In this document: piece by piece, positions 8,952 through 16,950 of the stretch
Numbering within the stretch: the stretch's first letter is position 1
Layout of the letters: each line of letters opens with the position of its first letter
IMG/VR virus record: IMGVR_UViG_3300015195_000008
Coordinates: 1 to 50,270 of that record
From: a virus
Lineage: Duplodnaviria; Caudoviricetes
Direction: 5' to 3' (one strand)
Length of the DNA stretch: 50,270 bases
The notes under the pieces: generated by a model
Database searches by the model: none
Told to the model about the DNA's origin: nothing
Seen by the model: only the letters and a program-made list of their open reading frames with translations
Made by a program: the position numbers and the translations under genes

Positions 8952-9742
8952 TATTGAATTCCTCCAAGCATCTCTTCAACTTCTTTCTTCGTCATTCCAC
9001 AGCTTGCAGCGATTTCCGCCACTTCACGCATGGACTGAACTTTCTCCTTCGACATCTTAGGCTTCGCGGCTTGATTCGATTCTCTGCCGAATGATCCGCC
9101 GCTACCGGCTGAGTATGCGGGAGGCTCTGCTCCGCGAGAAGTCTTCGTCTTACGGATGACTTTCCCTTCAGCCACGTCTGCAGCAGTCTCAATAGCGTGC
9201 AAAAGCTGCTGTGGAGAGAAGCTTGCAAACACTTCGTCGGTAGTCTCGTTAACGATCTTATCGAACTCTTTGCGAACGGAGGTTGTCATAGGGTTATCGT
9301 CGATGAACTTAGAGATAGCGTACTTAGCTGCCTGCGCTGCGATAGGGATGTACTGCGCCTTAGAGTTAAGCTGTCCTGCGTTGTAGGCCTCTTCTGCAGC
9401 CATGTTGATCGCTTCTGCAATGTCTCCCGTTGCCGCAAGACGATCTTGGATACGATCTTTGAGCGGTTTCGGCTTATCATCGTTTTGAACGGGAGCCGTT
9501 TGATGGAACCCTGCGAAGCGTTGGCTCTTGAGTTCAGCCAGTTCTGCCTTCATATCGGCTAACTCTTTAGCTCTCCGATCGTCCTCCGCCTTAGCTGCTT
9601 TCTTCTCTTCGTCGGCGGCTGCTTTCTTGTCGTCTTCACTCGGTTCAGGAGCAGGTTCGTTAAACAGATCGTCGATGGAAAGGTCTTCGTCTTCCTCTAA
9701 AATACCGGCCACGTTAATCCTCCAGCCACTTAGGCAGTTCAA
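8951..9742 (-). CDS. capsid scaffolding protein (true start probably the GTG at ~9712)
   Basis: Acidic N-terminus, coiled coil, flexible C-terminus; between portal and capsid genes. Confidence 0.65.
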   Translation of the reverse strand: MNCLSGWRINVAGILEEDEDLSIDDLFNEPAPEPSEDDKKAAADEEKKAAKAEDDRRAKELADMKAELAELKSQRFAGFHQTAPVQNDDKPKPLKDRIQDRLAATGDIAEAINMAAEEAYNAGQLNSKAQYIPIAAQAAKYAISKFIDDNPMTTSVRKEFDKIVNETTDEVFASFSPQQLLHAIETAADVAEGKVIRKTKTSRGAEPPAYSAGSGGSFGRESNQAAKPKMSKEKVQSMREVAEIAASCGMTKKEVEEMLGGIQ

Positions 9743-9980
9743 GTTCGTGTTTCTTATACTGAATTTGGAATGCGTTGATTATAGCTTGTCTTGCGACGAT
9801 ATAGCCTATTCGCGTTCCTTGGTCAAGGTCCCGACTCGTTAGTAAGGTCTGTTTCCATTGCGAGAGTATATCCTTAAACATCTTCCTTGTCAAATTGTCC
9901 CAGACTTTAGACTCTAGGAGATAAGCGATACTATCGCTACTTTCTATCTCCAGAACCTCCCTGTCCACTATCTTGTGCAT
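9714..9980 (-). CDS. small post-portal hypothetical protein
   Basis: Helical small ORF between portal and scaffold. Confidence 0.5.
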   Translation of the reverse strand: MHKIVDREVLEIESSDSIAYLLESKVWDNLTRKMFKDILSQWKQTLLTSRDLDQGTRIGYIVARQAIINAFQIQYKKHELELPKWLED

Positions 9981-11910
9981 TGATGCTCCCTATATCAGTT
10001 TGCTTGAGTACGTGCATAGCCATTTGCTCTTGCTGCTGCTTCTGTTGAGCGATTTGTTGGGCTTGCTGGAGCTGTTCGGCTTCGTCCATCGTTCCGATGA
10101 ACCCGGTTACGTCTGGGTAGTCGAAGGTCTCGTACAGGTTGCGCGTGACGTTGTAGACGTGCTTCATGTTGCTCGAGACCAGAGGGTTCTGAAGGCCCAT
10201 CTGATAGACTGCCATAGCGTCTTGTCTTCTATTCTCTTTGTCGAGAGGTCCTCCCTGCCCGTTTATACCCAAAATGTAGTTTTGTGCGAGGATTTCTCTC
10301 GGAACAGTGACCTGAATGTTCCCTTCGCTCGACGCTTGGAGCATCTGCATCTGATCTTTGCCGTATTTGACGTACAAAAGATGTGTAAAACGCAGAATGT
10401 CTTGCATCCAATCCCTAACCAGGGATATTGTACGGTTCGTTTGCAGCCCTTGCATTGCTGTGTTCTGCTGCATGACCCGGCTATTCTGTTTCCCGCCGCC
10501 TCCAGTTTGAGGAGGAGATCCGCCTGTCTGCGGGGCTCCGATACTGCGGTCTGCCATAGCGATGAGGGAGGCTTCTTCCTGGAAGAGTGCTTGAGGAGGC
10601 TCTCCAAGCTGCAAGAACCCGAAATCGGTAGGCGTATCGACCTCAAACATGACTCCAGGACCGAACCGGCGTGACTCGTTCTCGCCTTTGTTCTTGAAGC
10701 CAGGGGTTGCGTACGTAGACGGGTTCGACGCAATGTCTAACCAGTCGAGTCTTGCGTTTCTTTGGGCGGAGGCTTCTTCTTGAGCTGAGCCAGCGACATC
10801 AGGAACGGAAAATCCGTAAAAACGATTCGGGCGAGGCATAAGAGAGAGAGGAAAGTAGGGACGACCGCCTTCATACTCATAAGGCTTATAACCAGCCATA
10901 GTTTGACTAGTATCATGCACCCATATAAAGTTCTCTTCACAGACTCCGTCTCCATCCATGTCGTACTGACGTGTTAAGACCTGCCAAATCTCTACAGGCC
11001 CTCTGGACATTTTAATGCCTTCAGGAGAAGTCACCGAGTAGTCGCCGATCGCTATCTTTCCGCCGATCGTGTAGGTGAAGTTCCCTCGACTATCGTACGG
11101 GCGCTCATCCTGAGCAGATGACACGTACGACAGAATGGCTTCGACGGCTTCCCTCTTGAAGGTGCCTGCCTCAACCATAGCCCACATGTCGTGTTCGGCC
11201 ATGTAAATCTTACGTGCTACTCCATCAGCTTCTTTAATAGAAGGAGCATAATTAGGAAAAAGAATAAAATCGCGAAGCTCAACTGCAGTGTACTTAACGG
11301 CATCGTATTCCACCTTCTTCACAGTCTGCTTCTGCTTCTTTATGATCGGCTGCCCGTTCTCATCTTCCATCGGCTGTCCGTTCTCGTCCATGACAGGCCC
11401 GTCGATGAGCTGAGTCGTCTCAGAGACTTTCTTCTCCCACATCACTTCCAGAATGGCCGTACCGTCCCGCGCACTAAGCTCAATGCACGTATCTTGAGGA
11501 GCTTTCCACTTGTTGTTTACGTACTCCGAATTGTAGAACTGCTCGACAATGTGCGAGTACTGAGTCGAAATCGCATCGCTACCATGTACCGAATATGGCC
11601 TCGGTATCAGAGTCGATCCAGCGATACGGGCAGACATCTCCTTGACTGCAGTGAAGACAACCGGCACGACGATGTTCGCGCATCCATCCCACGGAGGATT
11701 AGCACGCTCTCCCATCATCTCATACAGGGCATTGCCGTAGTTCAGAGACTCTTCTAAGCCCCCACGGTTCCCCTGGTTCATGTCGATCAACTGCCAAACG
11801 GACTCACCCATCTGCCTCCACTGATCGTCGTCTAAACGACGTACAGGGCGCTCATTGATGGACTCGGGTTGATGCTCCGTAGTCAGCTTATTTTTCATAA
11901 AGCTTTCCAT
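9937..11910 (-). CDS. portal protein (P22-like podovirus type)
   Basis: 657 aa; PPWDGCANIVVPVV, RDGTAILEVMW, YDMDGDGVCEE, RFYGFSV, Q-rich C-terminal barrel. Confidence 0.85.
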   Translation of the reverse strand: MESFMKNKLTTEHQPESINERPVRRLDDDQWRQMGESVWQLIDMNQGNRGGLEESLNYGNALYEMMGERANPPWDGCANIVVPVVFTAVKEMSARIAGSTLIPRPYSVHGSDAISTQYSHIVEQFYNSEYVNNKWKAPQDTCIELSARDGTAILEVMWEKKVSETTQLIDGPVMDENGQPMEDENGQPIIKKQKQTVKKVEYDAVKYTAVELRDFILFPNYAPSIKEADGVARKIYMAEHDMWAMVEAGTFKREAVEAILSYVSSAQDERPYDSRGNFTYTIGGKIAIGDYSVTSPEGIKMSRGPVEIWQVLTRQYDMDGDGVCEENFIWVHDTSQTMAGYKPYEYEGGRPYFPLSLMPRPNRFYGFSVPDVAGSAQEEASAQRNARLDWLDIASNPSTYATPGFKNKGENESRRFGPGVMFEVDTPTDFGFLQLGEPPQALFQEEASLIAMADRSIGAPQTGGSPPQTGGGGKQNSRVMQQNTAMQGLQTNRTISLVRDWMQDILRFTHLLYVKYGKDQMQMLQASSEGNIQVTVPREILAQNYILGINGQGGPLDKENRRQDAMAVYQMGLQNPLVSSNMKHVYNVTRNLYETFDYPDVTGFIGTMDEAEQLQQAQQIAQQKQQQEQMAMHVLKQTDIGSINAQDSGQGGSGDRK

Positions 11911-12101
11911 TGAGCTGCGCCTACTGTCGAGTCAATGCACATGTACATAGTAGTTACTCCACTGTCTACATATTGCCAAAGGGAGGCATCGCACCACCCC
12001 GAACTAATGTCATCGTTAGGTCCGGGGATAGTAGTCATTGCTTGGCCGTAAGGTACTGAGCGGAGGCCTACTTCATCGGAGTAGCAATAGATTTGAGGCA
12101 T
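11895..12101 (-). CDS. small protein resembling a stand-alone tail-fibre attachment motif
   Basis: PGPNDDISSGW...SLW...YMCIDSTVGAAQW resembles the P-x-DD...G...SLW...Y-x-C-x-D...AA-x-W motif of phage fibres. Confidence 0.45.
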   Translation of the reverse strand: MPQIYCYSDEVGLRSVPYGQAMTTIPGPNDDISSGWCDASLWQYVDSGVTTMYMCIDSTVGAAQWKAL

Positions 12102-12102
12102 G

Positions 12103-13383
12103 TTACCATCCTATGCAGATACCGGCAACTGTATGAGTTGTGCCGCCGTTGTTGACAAAGTTCGCTGCCGTAGTCGTTGGTGCAGGGTTCATGGAGACCG
12201 CCTGAGAGGTCGAGCTGCCCACCACTCCTCCCGTACAATCTGGAGCTGCAGTGTACGCCGTGTTGAAAGTGAGCGTGAATGCGGCTCCTGCCGCTGCTGA
12301 TCCGCTGCCGGTTTCAACATGCAGTCCGCCTAAGCGGGTCCCATTTTGGAAACTCTTGGGGCAAGCTTCCCCACTCGAAATCATCTGCTTACTTCCGTTC
12401 GTTCCTGCGCATTGACTGGCTGTGAGGCCGTTGTTTATGATGTTACCTACAGTAACGGTGCCTGTGTAGGTAGGCGCGTTTGTCTCAGAAACTACTGGGG
12501 TAGTCGTTCCGTTCGTTACCGTTATGTTTCCAGTTCCGGTAACGTTGGTAACCGTACCAGTTCCTATGGGACCGCCTGTATAGTACTCAGTAACGACGAT
12601 AATACCAGAACCGCCTGCTCCGCCTGCAAAACCCGTCGTACCTGCCGTTCCGCCTGTACCTGCTGCACCTACGGCGTAAGCGTACGTAGCTGCAGGGGTG
12701 CTAATAACCGCTTCAATACATGCCCCGGAACCTCCACCAGCGGCGTTGGCCGTAGAACCTTCCGCACCGCCTCCGCCGCCTCCGGTGTTTGTAGCTCCAG
12801 CAATGCCTACCTGATTCGTGTTGTTGCCACTACCGGAACCAGCACCCCCTAAACAAGATGCAGCACCCTGACCGGAGCCTGTAACCGTGCTAGCCGGAAC
12901 GCCGTAACCGCCATTTACAGCATAACCCAACGGTCCTGCTGCAAGCGTGGCAGTTCCTCCTGCCCCGCCGTACCCATTCGAGCTGCCGCCAGTAAAACCA
13001 CCTACTCCGCCTCCTGAAGTTATGAGCGATGTTCCGAAAGTGGTGTTACCGCCATTTCCCCCGTTACCGGCAGTCGCATTGGATCCGCCGCCTCCGCCAC
13101 CGCCTCCAACGGCAAGGACTTTAATCCACTGGACGCCTGAAGGAGTAGTGTAAGTCCCTGAACCCGAGAGGAACTTTTGCGCTGTTGGAGGGCTGCTATT
13201 GCCGCCTGGGCATGCAGTTGTGATTAACGTACTCACGCTATCCGTACAGACTGGACTACTTGCAGACAGTCCTGTAACAGTTGCATTGCGTACAACGATA
13301 TTGTTTACAGGGAAAGCGAAGGCGGGCACTGATATGCTCAGTGCCGCCACTAAAGCGAGGAAGAACCGCTTCCACCTTCTCAT
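12103..13383 (-). CDS. glycine-rich fibre-like protein with Sec signal peptide
   Basis: MRRWKRFFLALVAALSISVPAFA|F; Gly-rich domain SGTYTTPSGVQWIKVLAVGGGGGGGG...GGSGIIVVTEY; C-terminal FNTAYTAAPDC...CIGW domain. Confidence 0.75.
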   Translation of the reverse strand: MRRWKRFFLALVAALSISVPAFAFPVNNIVVRNATVTGLSASSPVCTDSVSTLITTACPGGNSSPPTAQKFLSGSGTYTTPSGVQWIKVLAVGGGGGGGGSNATAGNGGNGGNTTFGTSLITSGGGVGGFTGGSSNGYGGAGGTATLAAGPLGYAVNGGYGVPASTVTGSGQGAASCLGGAGSGSGNNTNQVGIAGATNTGGGGGGAEGSTANAAGGGSGACIEAVISTPAATYAYAVGAAGTGGTAGTTGFAGGAGGSGIIVVTEYYTGGPIGTGTVTNVTGTGNITVTNGTTTPVVSETNAPTYTGTVTVGNIINNGLTASQCAGTNGSKQMISSGEACPKSFQNGTRLGGLHVETGSGSAAAGAAFTLTFNTAYTAAPDCTGGVVGSSTSQAVSMNPAPTTTAANFVNNGGTTHTVAGICIGW

Positions 13384-13384
13384 T

Positions 13385-14041
13385 TTAGAACCCTATGCAG
13401 ATGACATTGAACACTGCGGCACTCTCGCTACCGTCGAAGATGACTGCAGCAGTCGTGCTCTCTGAGACAACATCGACCGGGATGGGGTTAGGACCTGAGT
13501 TGAACGAGGTCGCGGTGCAAAGAGGTGCAACTGTGTAAGCTGCTCCGAAGGTCACAGTCGCTTCCCAAGGAGTCGTTGCCGAGGTCGTGACCTGCTTGGT
13601 TTCGATGTGGAGACCGCCTGCTCTCGCTCCTGCGATGTAGGTCGTCGGACAGAGTTCGCCACTGGAGACCATCTGCATCGAACCGTTAGTCTGAGCACAC
13701 TGTGATGCGGTCAGACCGTTGTTGATGAGGTTGCCTACCGTTACCGTACCCGAGAACGTAGGGTTCGTAACGGTCGTGATGTTCGGAGTTGCTCCGCCTG
13801 AGCTGAGGATGTTCCCTGAGCCTGTAACCGCTGTTACGGTACCTGCACTACATGCAGACCCCGTAGACACGACAGTCTTGCTAGCATCCGTTGCTAGGCA
13901 CTGTGAAGCCGTGTTACCTGAGAGGTTCAAGGTATTGATAACCGTCGAGTTCGTCGGGGGAGCAGCCAAGGCAGGAGCCGATGCCAATGCAAAAGCTACT
14001 ACTGAAGCTGTTAGGGACTTACGCGCTTGTGCAATGAACAT
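13385..14041 (-). CDS. fibre-like protein with signal peptide, paralog of its neighbours
   Basis: ATG 14041 with AGGAG RBS; MFIAQARKSLTASVVAFALASAPALA|A; two C-X15-C repeats; C-terminal FGAAYTVAPLC...CIGF. Confidence 0.7.
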   Translation of the reverse strand: MFIAQARKSLTASVVAFALASAPALAAPPTNSTVINTLNLSGNTASQCLATDASKTVVSTGSACSAGTVTAVTGSGNILSSGGATPNITTVTNPTFSGTVTVGNLINNGLTASQCAQTNGSMQMVSSGELCPTTYIAGARAGGLHIETKQVTTSATTPWEATVTFGAAYTVAPLCTATSFNSGPNPIPVDVVSESTTAAVIFDGSESAAVFNVICIGF

Positions 14042-14777
14042 TGTACGTTGCTCCTGTCTCGCTGCTGTCAAAAATGGTCACGGCTGTTGTGCTCTCAGAC
14101 ACTATCGTTGCCATTGTAGTGTACGGAGCTGAACTAAAGCAAGTTGCTACGCATAGGGGAGGCGTAGCATAGGGGGTACCGAACGTGAAAGTCCCCTGCC
14201 AGGGAGAGGAGGCAGAGGTCGTAACTTGAGCGACCTGCGTTCGCGTTGTAGATTCGCAGGTAGGACAAGAAACAGTCACGACACCGCCGACTGTGTTGGT
14301 AACGATCGGAGAGTTACCGCTAACTGCTGTGATCGCTCCGCTGCCTGTGATATTGAACAGTACCCGGTTGATCCCGCCACCTGCGGCTAACAAAGTGATG
14401 GGCGTTCCTGTGCCGGTAGTCCCGTCGAGTCTCACTGCTATCATGTCCGCACAGTTGAAGGCATAACTGCCGGGAGTAGAGATGGTCACATTGGGGTTCA
14501 GTCCGTCAGGAGTGACAGTAAGGAGAGCAGGAGTCCATATCTGAGTGCCATGGTACAACCCCTCAACGTGCCATGTCCCACCAATCGCTCCGTTCAGCCC
14601 GACAACACAAGCACTCTGGCCTGTCAAACCTGGAAGGACAAGGAAAGGCCCTGTAGGATGATATGGGTTGCCTGTGATCTGCAGGAAGGCTAAGTCTGCT
14701 GAAGCCATACTCGGGGGCACGACAGAACAAATAAACCCTAAAAAGAAGAGGAAGAGCAGTACGCCCTTCTTAATCAT
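14019..14777 (-). CDS. fibre-like protein with signal peptide
   Basis: MIKKGVLLFLFFLGFICSVVPPSMASA|D; C-terminal domain closely similar to that of 13385-14041 (QVTTSA..PW...TFG..Y...PLC...VSESTTA..IFD.SE). Confidence 0.7.
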   Translation of the reverse strand: MIKKGVLLFLFFLGFICSVVPPSMASADLAFLQITGNPYHPTGPFLVLPGLTGQSACVVGLNGAIGGTWHVEGLYHGTQIWTPALLTVTPDGLNPNVTISTPGSYAFNCADMIAVRLDGTTGTGTPITLLAAGGGINRVLFNITGSGAITAVSGNSPIVTNTVGGVVTVSCPTCESTTRTQVAQVTTSASSPWQGTFTFGTPYATPPLCVATCFSSAPYTTMATIVSESTTAVTIFDSSETGATYNVHCTSA

Positions 14778-14887
14778 TTCTTTTTCGCCTTCGGTTTCAT
14801 ACCCTTTTTCATTGCCATTTCCTCTACCATCTTCATGATCGACATCTTCTTGACGGAGGTACCGCTCTTATGAGGCTTCTTAGGCAT
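14774..14887 (-). CDS. Lys/Met-rich micropeptide (37 aa)
   Basis: MPKKPHKSGTSVKKMSIMKMVEEMAMKKGMKPKAKKK fills the gap exactly, with an ATGA overlap. Confidence 0.6.
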   Translation of the reverse strand: MPKKPHKSGTSVKKMSIMKMVEEMAMKKGMKPKAKKK

Positions 14888-14888
14888 A

Positions 14889-15272
14889 TCAGTTACCTAT
14901 ACAGATGACTTCTGCTTGAGTTATTACACTTCCGCTGTAATTATTTACAAGCACCTGACCATTTCCGGGAGGAATTAGCAAATTCAGAACAGGGGTACTG
15001 TTTGAAGAAGAAACTGTGCAGACGGGGTTACCGATATAAGGTACTACGTATGTGAAAACATGGAACGTACTTGGCTGTATGGTTGTCGGGCCAAATGCTT
15101 CAATATGCACAGGCAGGTTATTAGGTGAGTTGTTAAGGTATACCTGCGTATTAGAAACTACTGCGTTCCCAGAGATAGTGAGCTTATGACCCTCTTCAGA
15201 ACTATCCGCAAAAGCAGTTAGAGGAGCGAGAGCTAAGACTGTTGAGAGAATGACTGAAGCAAGTTTTTTCAT
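14889..15272 (-). CDS. short fibre-tip-like protein with signal peptide
   Basis: AGGAG RBS; MKKLASVILSTVLALAPLTAFA|D; ends YVVPYIGNPVC...VICIGN. Confidence 0.7.
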   Translation of the reverse strand: MKKLASVILSTVLALAPLTAFADSSEEGHKLTISGNAVVSNTQVYLNNSPNNLPVHIEAFGPTTIQPSTFHVFTYVVPYIGNPVCTVSSSNSTPVLNLLIPPGNGQVLVNNYSGSVITQAEVICIGN

Positions 15273-15280
15273 GATATCTC

Positions 15281-16753
15281 CTAAGTTCCTATGAAAACTT
15301 CGCAGTTGCCTACCCATTGGGTTGTAGTACCGCTAACCGCAGTTACCAGTACGACTAAACTATCACCAGCCAATACTGTGTAGGGAGTAATGGATGATGT
15401 GCTGTGGGTTACCCAGGGGCCTCCCTGGGGACTGTCAGGAATAACGACAGAGCCTAAATTAAACGGAGCACTTCCCGAAAATGTCCCGTTGGCTATTCCG
15501 AAACTAAAAGTAGCTCCGCCTAAGCCTGCAGCACTGAGAGGGGTATAGACCGAATTGCCTGCTGCCGCGTCCGTTGCATTGAAGTCCTGGCAAGATATGT
15601 TGATCTCACTGATTACAGCGCCGAGAGGTAGTCCGACAACGCCCCCGTTAATAGCTGCCCACGAAGCAGGAGCATTTACTTGAGCGGATCCAAAACCCGG
15701 TAGGCCTGCATCGACGAGTTTCAACGAAGGAGCGCCGCCGCAAGCCGAACCAGTGTCAATGATTCTACCTCCAGTAGTTGCCCTTAGGCAGTTACCAGGT
15801 GTGAGGTTCGCTCCGTTCAAGTCTGCTGCTCCTAGTTCACCGATGTTGTTGATCGCAACCAAGTCAGTTGAACTACTTGTGTCACGCAGACCGAAGGCGT
15901 TCGCATTGATCCCGGCGACTGTACCGCTGCCCGTTGTACGCAGAATTATGTTGTCGCCAGTATTCGCTACCCAACTAACAATCGCTCCTATCGTCGAAGG
16001 TATATGAAACAGGAGTGCTGTAACTGCCCCGGTAAAGGTAGGAGCGGCAACTATATCCCCAATAACTGCTCCTGTAGTAGGGGCAAAAGTAAGATTCGCC
16101 GAAGGACCTGCTGTTACTGAAGAAACCGCTCCGCCTCCAGCAGCACAAGCCGACCCTGTATCCACTATTCTACCGTTTGTAGATGCTCTCAAACAATTGC
16201 CGGGGGTTAAAGTATTTGAGAAGAATGCGCCAGTAATTGAGAAGTCTTTTGAACTGTCTACAGTAAAGTAAGGAATACTAGAACTGTCAGTAAGAGCGAG
16301 AGCCGTTCCAACGTTGCCGTCTACCGTACAGTTCGTACTGCTAGGGCATGCTAGAAGATTTGAATAACCGCCTGCGGCAGTGCTACCGATCTGAAAAGCT
16401 TGACTCAAGGACCCTGCTCCGACCGCTGAAGTTCGATGAAGAGGTGAAGTAACTGACGACGAAAACGTAGGGGAGTTAGAGAAGTTAAGTCCAACTGCGC
16501 CAGTTGTAGGAGAAGCAGTCAGGTTAGGGTTGGAAGAGGTGACTGAGGAAACTGCTCCGCCCCCACCGCCACAAGCTCCGCCAGACGAGACTAGTTTCTT
16601 ATCAGCGTCTGTCGCTACGCATTGGTTAGGGGTGAGACTCTTCACTCGTACGTTGCCGTCAAAAAACTGGTTATAGGGGTAGTGAGTCACTTGGTCTGCA
16701 GCAACCGAAAGAGGAAGGAGAGCGAATAACGCTAAACTAGCGTATCTCTTCAC
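15281..16753 (-). CDS. long fibre-like protein with signal peptide and internal repeats
   Basis: MKRYASLALFALLPLSVAA|D; three LTP.xC-X15-C repeats; two GGGAVSSVT...NLT..PTTGAV repeats. Confidence 0.75.
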   Translation of the reverse strand: MKRYASLALFALLPLSVAADQVTHYPYNQFFDGNVRVKSLTPNQCVATDADKKLVSSGGACGGGGGAVSSVTSSNPNLTASPTTGAVGLNFSNSPTFSSSVTSPLHRTSAVGAGSLSQAFQIGSTAAGGYSNLLACPSSTNCTVDGNVGTALALTDSSSIPYFTVDSSKDFSITGAFFSNTLTPGNCLRASTNGRIVDTGSACAAGGGAVSSVTAGPSANLTFAPTTGAVIGDIVAAPTFTGAVTALLFHIPSTIGAIVSWVANTGDNIILRTTGSGTVAGINANAFGLRDTSSSTDLVAINNIGELGAADLNGANLTPGNCLRATTGGRIIDTGSACGGAPSLKLVDAGLPGFGSAQVNAPASWAAINGGVVGLPLGAVISEINISCQDFNATDAAAGNSVYTPLSAAGLGGATFSFGIANGTFSGSAPFNLGSVVIPDSPQGGPWVTHSTSSITPYTVLAGDSLVVLVTAVSGTTTQWVGNCEVFIGT

Positions 16754-16887
16754 TTCTTTTTAGCCTTTTTCATCTTCTTATTGCTTTCCATATTGAAGGC
16801 CATAGCTTTCCCCATCTTGCCGCCTCCCTTACCGATCTTACCCACTTCTTGAGGCTTCTTTTTCTTCTTCATGCCGGTATCCTTCAT
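16750..16887 (-). CDS. Lys/Met/Gly-rich micropeptide
   Basis: MKDTGMKKKKKPQEVGKIGKGGGKMGKAMAFNMESNKKMKKAKKK; start uncertain. Confidence 0.5.
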   Translation of the reverse strand: MKDTGMKKKKKPQEVGKIGKGGGKMGKAMAFNMESNKKMKKAKKK

Positions 16888-16921
16888 CACAAAAAGAGGG
16901 AGGGAAGGTATAATCCCCATA

Positions 16922-16950
16922 ATTCTACCACGATTTGTCAATGTTTCCAA
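16922..16950 (-). promoter_or_regulatory. sigma70-like promoter upstream of the secreted-fibre block
   Basis: TTGGAA-N17-TAGAAT with extended -10 TG, overlapping the TerL stop. Confidence 0.45.

Noticed and set aside
14019-14777. Lipoprotein (spanin-like) signal at LGFIC
   Set aside because: Does not fit the [LVI][ASTVI][GAS]C lipobox; an ASA signal peptidase I site follows
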